64,000 nt of DNA. Source: an uncultured Candidatus Nitrosoarchaeum sp. (GTDB lineage: Archaea > Thermoproteota > Nitrososphaeria > Nitrososphaerales > Nitrosopumilaceae). Shown here piece after piece: positions 29,147 to 39,098 of this stretch (its first letter is position 1; the number at the start of each line of letters is the position of its first letter). A program made the translations under genes and the position numbers. The notes under the pieces were generated by a model. The model saw only the letters and a program-made list of their open reading frames with translations. It did no database searches and was not told where the DNA came from. Location: contig CALKVM010000002.1 of the NCBI GenBank assembly GCA_938049695.1, positions 3,516-67,515 on the forward strand, read 5' to 3'.

Positions 29147-29829
29147 TGAAAAAAAGAATTGTCATCAAACTTTCAGGACGAATTTTTAGTATGGATAATG
29201 TAAAAATGCTAAAGGACTATGCGTCATTTTTAGTCAAAATTAGTAAGATATGTCAACCGATAATTATTGCAGGTGGTGGAAATATTGCCAGACATTACAT
29301 TACTCATGCAAGATCTTCAGGAGCTGATGAATCTACACTGGATGAACTTGGAATAGAAATCTCTAGGTTAAATGCCAAACTCTTGATTTATGCCCTAAAA
29401 AATAAAGCGTATTCCCATCCTCCAACAACATTGCAAGAAGTAAGACATGCAGTAGATGATGGGTTGATTGTAGTTACAGGTGGTTTACATCCTGGACAAA
29501 GTACCAATGGAACCGCAGCCCTTATTGCTGAAAAAATCAATGCAGAACAATTTCTTAATGCTACTGATGTTGATGGTGTTTATGATAAGGACCCTAATAA
29601 ATTCAAAAATGCAAAAAAATTCAAACGAATTGAACTTAAGAATTTAAAAAACATGCTTGTTCATGAAGATTCTATTGCAGGAGGTTATGATTTGATGGAT
29701 ATAGTAGCTCTAAAAATTATTGAACGCTCTAAAATAAAGACACGAATATTAAAAGCTGATATCAAAACACTTGAAAAAGCAATCAAAGGTGTAGATGTTG
29801 GAACTGAAATAGTTCTACCATCAAAATAA
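29146..29829 (+). CDS. pyrH: archaeal UMP kinase
   Basis: [39 protein letters not shown] and [10 protein letters not shown]. The start overlaps the HD gene stop. Confidence 0.85.
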   Translation: MKKRIVIKLSGRIFSMDNVKMLKDYASFLVKISKICQPIIIAGGGNIARHYITHARSSGADESTLDELGIEISRLNAKLLIYALKNKAYSHPPTTLQEVRHAVDDGLIVVTGGLHPGQSTNGTAALIAEKINAEQFLNATDVDGVYDKDPNKFKNAKKFKRIELKNLKNMLVHEDSIAGGYDLMDIVALKIIERSKIKTRILKADIKTLEKAIKGVDVGTEIVLPSK

Positions 29830-30186
29830 TTACTCAGAAATCTCGTTTTGCACTGTTGGACGTCGCTCTGACCAAATCTGAATCTCATTTTCAGGATATT
29901 CTGGAATTCCAGATTCTCTTAGTTTTTTATAAATTGACAATGCTTCTTTTTTTTCTAGTGATTTTGATTGAGCTTTTGTAAATCCATCTTTGTCTGCTAA
30001 TATGGCAACATATCCCTCAGGCGAACTAATTACTGCAACAAAATCCTCTTCTCCAACTGGATGAAATTTACCATCGATTTTTTTTGTAGTCAATGTTAAC
30101 ATCCCAAATCCTGCAGCTTCAAACATTTTCATTTGTGATTTACCGGCTATTTGTTTTCCCTGCTGTACGGCTTGAAAATATTGCAT
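29830..30186 (-). CDS. hypothetical protein
   Basis: A 118-aa ORF with no recognisable motif. Confidence 0.45.
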   Translation of the reverse strand: MQYFQAVQQGKQIAGKSQMKMFEAAGFGMLTLTTKKIDGKFHPVGEEDFVAVISSPEGYVAILADKDGFTKAQSKSLEKKEALSIYKKLRESGIPEYPENEIQIWSERRPTVQNEISE

Positions 30187-30257
30187 GATTACTTTTACTC
30201 TCTAATATTATAATAACTATCTCAACATTTAAGATATCCAAAAAATGATTTAATTCA

Positions 30258-30812
30258 GTGAATACTAAAATATTTGTTTTTGTGGCAATTATCGCATTAG
30301 CTGCAGCTATGGGTATAATTCTTTTGTCTGGCTCATCCTTTGTTAGTCCTACATCAGAAAAAGATATCACTCAAGAAATATCACAAAAAATACAGTCAAT
30401 ATCTGTTGAATTAGATGATATTTCAATAATTGAAGTTAACAAAAGAGATGTTACGATCGAGATAGCATTCAAAGTTAGTAATCCTAATACTGGTTCTGTA
30501 ATTGTACAAGTTATGGATTACCAACTATTTGAAACTGGATTTTCTAACGAAAAACAAATTTCAGGTGGTCAAATTGGTAGTAGACCAGAAGGAATGGTAG
30601 AATTTGAATCCAATTACTATACACTTCTTGGTGAACATTCAATTCTTTTAAAAGATAAATTGGTATTGAAAAATACTGGTAATACTCCTGAATTATGGTC
30701 TGCCTTTGAAAGTAATACTGCAAAATGGCGAGTTAGTGGAGATATCTTCTTTAATCAAAGCTCAATGACTCAGGGACAAGAAAATGAACTTCATTTTGAA
30801 TTTGTAAAATAG
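30258..30812 (+). CDS. membrane-anchored LEA_2-like beta-sandwich protein (second copy of the architecture at 2265-2759)
   Basis: N-terminal TM helix, then ISIIEVNKRDVTIEIAFKVSNPNTGSVIVQVMDYQLF. GTG start. Confidence 0.5.
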   Translation: MNTKIFVFVAIIALAAAMGIILLSGSSFVSPTSEKDITQEISQKIQSISVELDDISIIEVNKRDVTIEIAFKVSNPNTGSVIVQVMDYQLFETGFSNEKQISGGQIGSRPEGMVEFESNYYTLLGEHSILLKDKLVLKNTGNTPELWSAFESNTAKWRVSGDIFFNQSSMTQGQENELHFEFVK

Positions 30813-30927
30813 TCAAAAACGACATAATTTGATTAATGTATCATAAAAATTGAAAATTATGATAATTTGTTTTTAGAGAAAAAATATTGGCAAAATTATA
30901 AAAGCCCGTAAAGTGGGTTTTTATCAA

Positions 30928-31038
30928 ATGGCAGAAGCAGGAATAGCCGCATATGGCTCAGCAATAGGAGTAGCAATTGCACTAGCAGTTGTGTGTTTTG
31001 CACTTCGTGGTAAAGGACATCCAGAACCACTAGACTAA
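30928..31038 (+). CDS. possible 36-aa single-TM microprotein
   Basis: Hand-translated: MAEAGIAAYGSAIGVAIALAVVCFALRGKGHPEPLD. Followed directly by a hairpin and a T-tract. Confidence 0.3.
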   Translation: MAEAGIAAYGSAIGVAIALAVVCFALRGKGHPEPLD

Positions 31039-31040
31039 TC

Positions 31041-31069
31041 AAAGGAAATTATTCCTTTACAATATTTTT
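31041..31069 (+). terminator. hairpin plus oligo-T, putative terminator
   Basis: AAAGGAA-ATTA-TTCCTTT is a perfect 7-bp stem at 31041-31058, followed by TTTTT at 31065-31069. It lies between convergent genes. Confidence 0.35.
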
Positions 31070-31080
31070 CATTTATCTTA

Positions 31081-31725
31081 CTAGTCTTTACTTAGACCTA
31101 GCATTTCAGATAATGATACCTGTTTGCTATTTTTCTTTGTGATAAAGCACCTCTGATAGTATTGACAATCAGTGCAATCATTAGATGGCTCTAAAATTGG
31201 AGTTTTTTGTTCTTTAAGAAGATCATTTAGAACTCTAACTCTTCTAATAACTTCTTCAAACATTTTCTTATCACGTGTTAATGAAAACATGGTTTCTTCC
31301 TTATTTCCAGTAATGTAAATAATTACTCCATCGGTTTTATCATAAATCCACATGCAAGCATTAAGGTAAAGCAGATCATTTGCTAGAGGCATTTCTAGAA
31401 TAGTATTAGCAGGTCTTAAGAGAACAATGGAATCATCTGCAATCATATCTGCATGCCCTCTTAATTTGATATCATCAATTGCAAATTCTTTTGGGATACT
31501 ACCATATTGTAATTTTCGAAGCAAACCCGAAAGAAGATCATTGAAACCTCTTCTTTCAACTTCTTTAGAATCTACTCTATCATAATATGATCGTCTTAAA
31601 CATTGGACCACTTCTTTGAGATGAATAGTTTTGATGTCTTTTACATCAATTTCAATTTCCAATTCCCTTCCGATAGAATCTATTGCATTTTTTACTAAAC
31701 TTCGAAAATCTCTATCACCCATCAT
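31081..31725 (-). CDS. Cas4/RecB-like PD-(D/E)XK fold protein with a four-Cys Fe-S cluster signature (orphan, no CRISPR context)
   Basis: N-terminal Cys in VVQCLRRSYY plus C-terminal CTDCQYYQRC (CxxCx5C), the Cas4/AddB-type 4-Cys pattern. GHADMI is a possible motif II Asp. A clear ExK motif is not visible. Confidence 0.55.
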   Translation of the reverse strand: MMGDRDFRSLVKNAIDSIGRELEIEIDVKDIKTIHLKEVVQCLRRSYYDRVDSKEVERRGFNDLLSGLLRKLQYGSIPKEFAIDDIKLRGHADMIADDSIVLLRPANTILEMPLANDLLYLNACMWIYDKTDGVIIYITGNKEETMFSLTRDKKMFEEVIRRVRVLNDLLKEQKTPILEPSNDCTDCQYYQRCFITKKNSKQVSLSEMLGLSKD

Positions 31726-31757
31726 GATAATTCACTTAACAAATCCATCTTTATAGA

Positions 31758-31994
31758 TTAACTCATAATACTAGTCAAAAATTTTGAAATTTTACTTGAA
31801 AATACTAATATGATAAAATGGACTCCAAATCCTACAATTGCACCTATTATGAGATTACCTGTTCCAAAATAAATTCCAAGGAATAACCCTAATGGTGGTA
31901 ATGATAAAATCATGGCTAAAAATGTACTAATCCAAATTGTATTAGTCACAATCTCTGTAGATATTTTAGTTTTTTTATTTGGAAATCTAATCAT
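31758..31994 (-). CDS. small two-TM membrane protein
   Basis: A 78-aa hydrophobic ORF directly downstream of atpC on the same strand. Confidence 0.45.
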   Translation of the reverse strand: MIRFPNKKTKISTEIVTNTIWISTFLAMILSLPPLGLFLGIYFGTGNLIIGAIVGFGVHFIILVFSSKISKFLTSIMS

Positions 31995-32004
31995 TTTTAG
32001 AATT

Positions 32005-33042
32005 TTATTCTTCTTCCAGAATTAACTTTGACATGGTAATTTCCGTTGGTATTTTTTGTTCAACTGCAAATGCAATAGCTGCCAAATTTCTGACTTCAAA
32101 TGCAGTTAATTTAGTAATTCCTACAATTGTTGCAAAGCTAAACATTTTCGTGAAAGATCTTAATGCTGTTTGGTAAATTACCATTTCAAAGGCTCTTTCA
32201 AATTCAGCAATTGCATCTAATTCATTTTCAGTTTGAGGAATCAAACTTTTGTATTTTGTATTGGATAATTCATTGAATGCATCTCTTATTGTTGCAGATG
32301 CTATCATTCTTCCAAGTAGATCTTTGGCAGTTGGAGTTTGAGAAACAATCAAATCTTGAATTTGTTCTTCTTGTAATCCCCAAAACTTTCCTCTAATCAC
32401 ACTTAAAATATTATAAAAATCTACATCCATTCCAACTAATTTGGTTGCATCCTTATCTGTATAATTTTTCATTGCACCAGCTAAACGTTGATATAAAATT
32501 TTATCAAAATATGTATCAAAAATTTGTATGTTTTTCCCCTCGTTGTATAATGCTGCAGCCTTTGCAATCTCCTCACCAAACTCTACTGAATTCAAACTTG
32601 CAACTGCCTCTTCAAGATCTTTTGCAACTAATGCCTTAATGACAATGTCTCTTTGTTTGATTAATTCCTCAGCATGAAGATTTATGTGAGTTTCAATTTC
32701 TTCTTGAGATTTTCCTAACACTTTTCCTTTCAGAATCGATTTCAAATTAGAAACAATGAATTTCATATAATATGCGTCCAACACACCAGAATTACCTGAT
32801 GTTTTTGCAATAGAATAATGTGTGTCTGCTAGATGACTTCTTAGAGCCGATTCAATACCTTGTGATGTATATGGTTTTTGAACTTCTGCTACAGAGTCAC
32901 CATAAATTGTATTTTTGATTCTAGTCATTAATTCATCAAGATCCCTTGATTCTGCTAGTGTTTGGAAATCAGATTTTTTTAATAATTTACCTCGCTTACT
33001 ATATGATTTTACAGATGCATAGACGTTTTTTGATCCACCCAT
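32005..33042 (-). CDS. atpC: A-type ATP synthase subunit C (V0-d homologue)
   Basis: A 345-aa all-helical protein. N-terminus YASVKSYSKRGKLLKKSDFQTLAESRDLDELMTRIKNT is typical of AtpC. Confidence 0.82.
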   Translation of the reverse strand: MGGSKNVYASVKSYSKRGKLLKKSDFQTLAESRDLDELMTRIKNTIYGDSVAEVQKPYTSQGIESALRSHLADTHYSIAKTSGNSGVLDAYYMKFIVSNLKSILKGKVLGKSQEEIETHINLHAEELIKQRDIVIKALVAKDLEEAVASLNSVEFGEEIAKAAALYNEGKNIQIFDTYFDKILYQRLAGAMKNYTDKDATKLVGMDVDFYNILSVIRGKFWGLQEEQIQDLIVSQTPTAKDLLGRMIASATIRDAFNELSNTKYKSLIPQTENELDAIAEFERAFEMVIYQTALRSFTKMFSFATIVGITKLTAFEVRNLAAIAFAVEQKIPTEITMSKLILEEE

Positions 33043-33106
33043 TTAGGTAAATCTCAACAGATAACCGATTTTAATGTTTGGCGTTCTCTTCCTAAAAACA
33101 TGATTT

Positions 33107-33769
33107 TTAAGTAATTTCATTGAGAAATCTAATGGCTTCTTCTTTATCCTGCTTTGATAGTTTCAAAAAAGCCTCTAAAATCTCCTTTTGAATCATTAAA
33201 GACTCGTCAGAAACATCCTTAAGTTTTGAGAGATCAAATGGGAGTAGATTGATTTTATTATCACAAAATGCTTTGACATATTTTTGAAAAATTGAATATG
33301 TGAAATTTGGACTAGTCTCTAATAGACTTGTAATGATTCTTTCATATTCTTTTTCCTTTGAATCCGATTTTGAAAAAAATTCTTTTAGTAATTTCTCTCT
33401 ATTTTTCACCTCACTTATGGATAATGCAATTAGTATTCCTTTTTTTGTTAGCTTGTAATATGGAATTCCCTTTTCTTGAAGCGCCTTTGGACCACGTCTC
33501 AAAGGTAATCTTCCATCCTCTTCGGCAATTTCCAAAGGAATCAGAATTTCATCTAGATCTCTGAAAATTCCGGAATAGATATTCTTCCAGGCAATGTCTT
33601 GTCTCTTTGCAATTCTTCGAGAAATTCCAGTTCTTGTTCTTTCAGCTGGATTAGCATTACTTGCCAATATTGTGATAATCGATCTTTGTCTATTGGCTTC
33701 TCCTGTAAGTTCTCCTTTTATCTTAAATGTATCAAAAATCGAGAGATTTGTATCTGATTTTATCTTCAT
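33107..33769 (-). CDS. hypothetical protein, possible winged-helix DNA-binding domain
   Basis: A 220-aa ORF. The central segment GIPYYKLTKKGILIALSI resembles a wHTH wing, but there is no firm family assignment. Confidence 0.45.
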   Translation of the reverse strand: MKIKSDTNLSIFDTFKIKGELTGEANRQRSIITILASNANPAERTRTGISRRIAKRQDIAWKNIYSGIFRDLDEILIPLEIAEEDGRLPLRRGPKALQEKGIPYYKLTKKGILIALSISEVKNREKLLKEFFSKSDSKEKEYERIITSLLETSPNFTYSIFQKYVKAFCDNKINLLPFDLSKLKDVSDESLMIQKEILEAFLKLSKQDKEEAIRFLNEIT

Positions 33770-33897
33770 TTAATCACCATATGACATAATTTTCATTTCC
33801 TATGATAGTATCAGAATAAACTGAAATATAATAACTTACATTTTTACTAGTTTTTACATCTTCAACCCTTAAATAATTTTCAATTTCGATTAATTTA

Positions 33898-35442
33898 ATG
33901 AATTCTAGGAATCGCAAGTATGCTCTATTACTTGTGGTCACAGTAGCCATTACAGCAACAGGTGCAATGTCACAAGCATTTGCACAAAGTGTTAATGATG
34001 GTATGGACGGATACGTTGCAGGAACTAGTGGAATTTACACTGGTAATCCTAACGAATGTTGGTACGATGGTGGTGAAGGCAACATGTTACCCTGTAAAAT
34101 TGATACAGGTGCTTCAGCATGGATGCTATCAGCTACTTCAATGGTACTTCTCATGACACCCGGAGTCGGATTCTTTTATGGCGGTTTAGCCAGATCAAAG
34201 AATGTCGTCAACGTACTAGGCATGACCATAATTGTTATGGGTCTAATGTCAGTACAATGGGTTCTATGGGGGTATTCTCTAGCATTTGGTCCAATCGATA
34301 GTGATGCTAACATGTTCATGGGATCTCTTGAATATGTTGGACTCAACGAAGTTTCACCTTTTGCTCCACTAGGAGCACCAACTGCATGTTCTGATACAAG
34401 ATTTGCAGCAGCACCAGGTGAAGTATGTAGCGACAATTGGACAGGAGGAGTTTCACATCAGTTATTCGCAATGTTCCAGATGACATTCGCAATTATTACC
34501 CCAGCTCTAATCATTGGTGGAATAATTGACAGAATTAAGTTCAGCGCATTAATAATATTCATACTCCTATGGGCCACCTTCGTTTACGATCCAGTTGCAC
34601 ACTGGGTTTGGGGAGGAGGTTACATTGGAGGAGGCGCATTAGATCTTAATCCTGACCTATCTCCGTCATACGGGTTAGACTTTGCTGGTGGTACTGTAGT
34701 ACACATTACTTCAGGATTCTCTGCTTTAGCAGGTGCCTTAGTCCTTGGTAGAAGACTCGGATATGGTAAGGTACCAATGGAACCACACAACATTCCAATG
34801 GTAATACTAGGAACATCATTACTCTGGTTTGGATGGTTTGGTTTTAACGCAGGAAGTGAAGTAGGAGTCGACGGTATTACTGTAAGCGCATGGACTGTTA
34901 CAAATACTGCAACAGGTATGGCTGCTCTTACTTGGGTCTTGATGTCATGGGCACATACAGGAAAACCAAGTATTGTAGGAGCTGCATCAGGTGCAGTAGC
35001 AGGATTGGTAGCAATCACTCCAGCATCAGGTTGGGTTGGTCCAATGGCTTCGATTATAATTGGTATTGCAGCTGGAACAGTTTGTTATGGATGTGTATCA
35101 TTCAAGAACGCACGCAAATGGGACGATGCATTAGATGTATGGGGAGTACATGGAATGGGTGGTCTTACAGGTGCAATTTTGACTGGTACATTAGCTAGTC
35201 CACACATTTGGGATACCGGTGACGGTATCGGTGCATGGACTGGTACTGCAGAAGGAATGGAACAGCAAGCAATCAACATCATTGCCGCAGCTATATCAGT
35301 AGGATATGCGTTTGGTGTTACAATTGTAATCCTCAAAATAATGGATACCGTTTGGCCTGGCGGAATCAGAGTCACTCCTAAAGAAGAGGAGATTGGTCTT
35401 GATTTAGCACAGCACGGAGAAAGAGCATACGTTAACGAATAA
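33898..35442 (+). CDS. amt: ammonium transporter (Amt/MEP/Rh family) with N-terminal signal sequence
   Basis: DTGASAWMLSATSMVLLMTPGVGFFYGGL, DFAGGTVVHITSGFSALAGALVLG, LLWFGWFGFNAGS and VHGMGGLTGAILTG. Confidence 0.95.
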   Translation: MNSRNRKYALLLVVTVAITATGAMSQAFAQSVNDGMDGYVAGTSGIYTGNPNECWYDGGEGNMLPCKIDTGASAWMLSATSMVLLMTPGVGFFYGGLARSKNVVNVLGMTIIVMGLMSVQWVLWGYSLAFGPIDSDANMFMGSLEYVGLNEVSPFAPLGAPTACSDTRFAAAPGEVCSDNWTGGVSHQLFAMFQMTFAIITPALIIGGIIDRIKFSALIIFILLWATFVYDPVAHWVWGGGYIGGGALDLNPDLSPSYGLDFAGGTVVHITSGFSALAGALVLGRRLGYGKVPMEPHNIPMVILGTSLLWFGWFGFNAGSEVGVDGITVSAWTVTNTATGMAALTWVLMSWAHTGKPSIVGAASGAVAGLVAITPASGWVGPMASIIIGIAAGTVCYGCVSFKNARKWDDALDVWGVHGMGGLTGAILTGTLASPHIWDTGDGIGAWTGTAEGMEQQAINIIAAAISVGYAFGVTIVILKIMDTVWPGGIRVTPKEEEIGLDLAQHGERAYVNE

Positions 35443-35470
35443 GGAAAATTCCCTTTCTTTTCTTTTTATT
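35441..35470 (+). terminator. imperfect hairpin plus T-tracts after amt, putative terminator
   Basis: AAGGAAAATTCCCTT followed by TCTTTTCTTTTT. The sequence resembles the element at 31041. Confidence 0.3.
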
Positions 35471-35513
35471 ATTCAAACCAAATGAATTTACATTTGTTTT
35501 GTTTTATTTGATC

Positions 35514-36290
35514 ATGATAATTTCTACAACAAATCTTAATTCGATTCTAAATAATTCAAATATTGTAATAATTGATACTCGTTCTTTCAAAGAATACTCG
35601 GAAGGTCATATTCCCAGAGCTGTAAATCTGGATCTATTTGCATTTCATTGGATTGATACAACTAAGGAAGGAATTGAAAATTTTAACAGACAAGCAGAAA
35701 CTCTCTTTTCATTTGTTGGAATTACTCCGGAAAAAAAAGTTGTATTTTATGATGATGTCTCTGGTATGCTAGCTGCAAGAGGTGTTTGGATGTTAATGTA
35801 TTTTTCACATCCAGATGTATCTATATTAGATGGCGGAATGAAAAAATGGAAACAAGAAAATCTTCCACTTGAAACAGAATCAAATGGTTTCAAACCTGCC
35901 AAATTTTCTGGAAAAATTAATCCAGAAATTATCTCTGGATTTGAATACATCCATGATAATCTCAATCATCTCAAAATACTTGATGCAAGATCACAAGGAG
36001 AATTTAATGGAAGTGTAATCAGAGCAGCTCAAGCAGGACATATTCCATACGCTATAAACATAGATTGGAATCTTAATCTCAATGAAGATGGAACTTTCAA
36101 AAATGATGAAGAATTGTCAAAATTATATGATATCCCAAAAAACTCTGAAATTGTAACTTATTGTCAAGGAGCATATCGTGCTGCCAATACCTTTCTTGTA
36201 TTAAAAAAACTTGGTTTTGAAAATATACGTGTCTATCTAGGTTCATGGGGCGAATGGGGAAATAGATTAGAACTTCCTGTGAAAAAATAG
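35514..36290 (+). CDS. tandem-rhodanese sulfurtransferase (thiosulfate/3-mercaptopyruvate type)
   Basis: Two rhodanese domains. Active-site loop: YCQGAYRAANTF. ATG at 35514 is preferred over the TTG at 35499. Confidence 0.85.
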   Translation: MIISTTNLNSILNNSNIVIIDTRSFKEYSEGHIPRAVNLDLFAFHWIDTTKEGIENFNRQAETLFSFVGITPEKKVVFYDDVSGMLAARGVWMLMYFSHPDVSILDGGMKKWKQENLPLETESNGFKPAKFSGKINPEIISGFEYIHDNLNHLKILDARSQGEFNGSVIRAAQAGHIPYAINIDWNLNLNEDGTFKNDEELSKLYDIPKNSEIVTYCQGAYRAANTFLVLKKLGFENIRVYLGSWGEWGNRLELPVKK

Positions 36291-36305
36291 ATTTTTTATA
36301 AAATT

Positions 36306-38414
36306 TTATTTTCGTTTCCAAATAAATTGATTGTAAATTAACTCTGGTCTAATTTGTCTAAATGGTTGAGCTCCACCTACATACCATTTTGTAAAGAATT
36401 CGTATAGATGCAATCTGAGTGATTGAATGTATACAATTAATCCTTCAATCATCATGATTCCCAAGTTTCCACCAATAATCATTGCCATTGCTGCACCTGA
36501 TTCTGCACCACCTAATGATGCAAATGCATTATTTACTGTCATTAACAATGCTGCATGTACAAGTAACATAATTCCAAGTCGAGCATAACTGATTGTATGA
36601 GCTAAACTTTCTACAGTTTTTCCAAGTAACACTTCCATTAGAACACTGGCTGGATCTCCTCCTCCTTCTGGATGTTTCTTTGCATGTAAAATTCCGCCAA
36701 CCATCATCAATACCATTGATGCAATCACAATTATCACTGCAATTCTTGTAATAATCCAAACTTGTGCCCAATCACCTAGAAATATTGTTACCCATGGAAC
36801 AGCTTCAGTATGTATTTTTGAATACATGTTCATTACATCATATTGTGAACCAATTGCACACATCATAACTACAACAATTCCTCCATAAAGTGTGATATTT
36901 GGAATTGCTTCTGTAAACATTACGAGTTTATGTCCTTCTTGAGATAATCTTCTGACACGTAGAACCATTGCCCAAACTAAATGAATAATTCCAATGAACA
37001 ATGAAACTTTGAGAATGTTTATGACCTGATCAAATGTGAGCTCTGCAACACTCAGTATTCCAACAATCCAACTAACTGAATGTAACGCCCCACCTTCTTC
37101 TAAAAGTCCTTCAAATGGACCCATATGAGCAATATGATATCCAAACATCTCTCCTGTACCCACACCTGCAATTGCAGCTGATGCACCAGAAATTGCAATT
37201 AACATTCCCCATCTTGAAAGGTCTCCTTGTCCCTTGACTTTGAATAATAGACCTAATCCCATTAGTAATAATCCATGACCCATATCTGCAAACATCAATC
37301 CATAGAAAATTGGCCACATTAGGGCAATCATAGGAGTAGGATCTGGCTCTCCTTTTTTTGGAATGCCTTGGCTTTTTGTAATTACTTCAAACGTTCTGAC
37401 AAATTTTTTATTTTCAAATAATGTGGGTGAACTATCTCTGAGTTTTGGATCTGTAATATCTTCAATTACTGACATCCATTGTTTTGTAGAATCTTTAAAT
37501 TTTTCTTCCATTTTTTTTGGAATATATCCTTGTATTACTGCAAAATGTCTGGTGCCTCCAGGCTTTCTTAACATCTCAAGTACATCTTTTGCAATTAGTG
37601 CTTTTTCATGAATAGCGAGAATATCTCTACGTATTTTCTTTTTTAATGCTGAAATTTCTTTAGCTATTGAGACCTGTTTTGCAGTTAGATCTTTTATTTT
37701 AGATTCTGCTAATGCATAAGCTTCACTAGGAATCTGTGGAAATCCCTCAGGAATTTTAAATGAATTAGAATTGAAACTTCTTAGAACTTTGAAAACTTTA
37801 TCAGATTCTGCAATATCGGAAATTATTAAAAGAGCAGACTTGTCTTTACTTTCTAAATCATATTTGTACATTGTAATATCTTCAAGGGAACGACTAATTT
37901 CTTCATAGTCTGCAGAATTAATAACAAAAAGATTCGTAAAAAAATATTTCATTAATCCAAATCCTGTTAGATTTATTTGCATCTTTCTAATTACTTCTAA
38001 AGTATCTCTGAGAGATTTGTATTCCTCAATGGAAAGTCTAGTGTTTGCAGCTTCTTCTAGTAGATGAGCAGGTTTGTCAATAATTGAAGGAGTTGTTTTT
38101 CTTAGATCATTTACCATATCTTCAATTTCATCAATTTCATAATCTTTTTTCTTGATCACAGTACCTTTGAAGAGTATCTCCATAATTCCTACAATCAATG
38201 GAATTTCCATACCTTTGATCACATCGTCTATTGATTGGAATGTTTTTTGTGCTTCTAAAAGAAGATCATCAATTTCAGGTGTTACTAGATCACTTGTAGA
38301 ATCAATCTTATGAAACCATTCAAACTCAGTTAATCTAGAAATTGCCTTTGGAGAGTCACTTCTTGGTAAAATTATAGTTCCTAGTTTTAGATCGGCTGTT
38401 CCCAAGACACTCAT
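36306..38414 (-). CDS. atpI: A-type ATP synthase subunit I (a-subunit homologue)
   Basis: A 702-aa protein with a soluble N-terminal half and a C-terminal multi-TM half. The conserved Arg context is YARLGIMLLVHAALL. Confidence 0.9.
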   Translation of the reverse strand: MSVLGTADLKLGTIILPRSDSPKAISRLTEFEWFHKIDSTSDLVTPEIDDLLLEAQKTFQSIDDVIKGMEIPLIVGIMEILFKGTVIKKKDYEIDEIEDMVNDLRKTTPSIIDKPAHLLEEAANTRLSIEEYKSLRDTLEVIRKMQINLTGFGLMKYFFTNLFVINSADYEEISRSLEDITMYKYDLESKDKSALLIISDIAESDKVFKVLRSFNSNSFKIPEGFPQIPSEAYALAESKIKDLTAKQVSIAKEISALKKKIRRDILAIHEKALIAKDVLEMLRKPGGTRHFAVIQGYIPKKMEEKFKDSTKQWMSVIEDITDPKLRDSSPTLFENKKFVRTFEVITKSQGIPKKGEPDPTPMIALMWPIFYGLMFADMGHGLLLMGLGLLFKVKGQGDLSRWGMLIAISGASAAIAGVGTGEMFGYHIAHMGPFEGLLEEGGALHSVSWIVGILSVAELTFDQVINILKVSLFIGIIHLVWAMVLRVRRLSQEGHKLVMFTEAIPNITLYGGIVVVMMCAIGSQYDVMNMYSKIHTEAVPWVTIFLGDWAQVWIITRIAVIIVIASMVLMMVGGILHAKKHPEGGGDPASVLMEVLLGKTVESLAHTISYARLGIMLLVHAALLMTVNNAFASLGGAESGAAMAMIIGGNLGIMMIEGLIVYIQSLRLHLYEFFTKWYVGGAQPFRQIRPELIYNQFIWKRK

Positions 38415-38498
38415 CTGTAGTTTTATTTAGTTTAATATCTTTCTGAAACTGCCCTTATTCACAAACATTAAAATCTAATTATGGATTGACGCGTTATA

Positions 38499-39098
38499 TT
38501 GGGATCTAATTCTGCATTAGAACACACAATTGATAAAATTCTTACTCAAACTGAAAAGAGTATTTTATCAAATATTCAGTTAGCCCTTTCAGAATCACAG
38601 AAAACCCTTGATAATGCTATTCCTAAACTAGAGCAAGAATATGAGAAAGTTATTTCAGATGGTAAAAAAGAAGCAGATAAGATTGAAAAACAGATCATTG
38701 GTAGTTCTGATTTAGAAGCAAGAAACAAACAACTTTTAGCATTAGAAGAAGCAATCGATAAAGTGTTTACAAAAGCAATCGATCAAATTTCAAATATGGC
38801 TCGTAGTGGCGATTATTCTAATCTAATCAAAACTTTGTTAGATGAATCAACTGAAATTTTAGGTACAACTAAAGTTATAATTTATACAAATTCTAAAGAC
38901 AAAAACGTAGTACAAGACGTATTGTCTAAATATCCTGGTGCAGAAATATCTCCTGAACCAATTAATTGTCTTGGTGGTATTACAGTAAAATCAAAAGATG
39001 GTGCAATGAAATTTGATAATACTCTTGATGCGAGAATTCAACGTATGAAGCCTTTAATAAGGAAAGAAATAGCCACAAAATTCGGAGTGGGTAATTAG
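38499..39098 (+). CDS. atpE: A-type ATP synthase subunit E
   Basis: A 199-aa protein with a long N-terminal coiled coil and a C-terminal globular domain. Located immediately upstream of atpA. TTG start. Confidence 0.75.
   Translation: MGSNSALEHTIDKILTQTEKSILSNIQLALSESQKTLDNAIPKLEQEYEKVISDGKKEADKIEKQIIGSSDLEARNKQLLALEEAIDKVFTKAIDQISNMARSGDYSNLIKTLLDESTEILGTTKVIIYTNSKDKNVVQDVLSKYPGAEISPEPINCLGGITVKSKDGAMKFDNTLDARIQRMKPLIRKEIATKFGVGN

Noticed and set aside
34119-35375. Five track ORFs inside or antisense to the amt gene (34119-34301, 34176-34436, 34620-35018, 34890-35198, 35085-35375).
   Set aside because: They lie entirely within the strongly supported Amt coding region. Their translations are low-complexity with no motifs. 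The locally higher G+C of amt reduces stop-codon frequency in other frames, so these are shadow ORFs.
36529-37317. Same-strand alternate-frame ORFs inside atpI (36529-36771, 37111-37317) and the antisense ORF 37363-37611.
   Set aside because: They are embedded in the 702-aa AtpI reading frame. The translations are Cys/Arg/Trp-rich nonsense typical of off-frame reads of a membrane protein gene.
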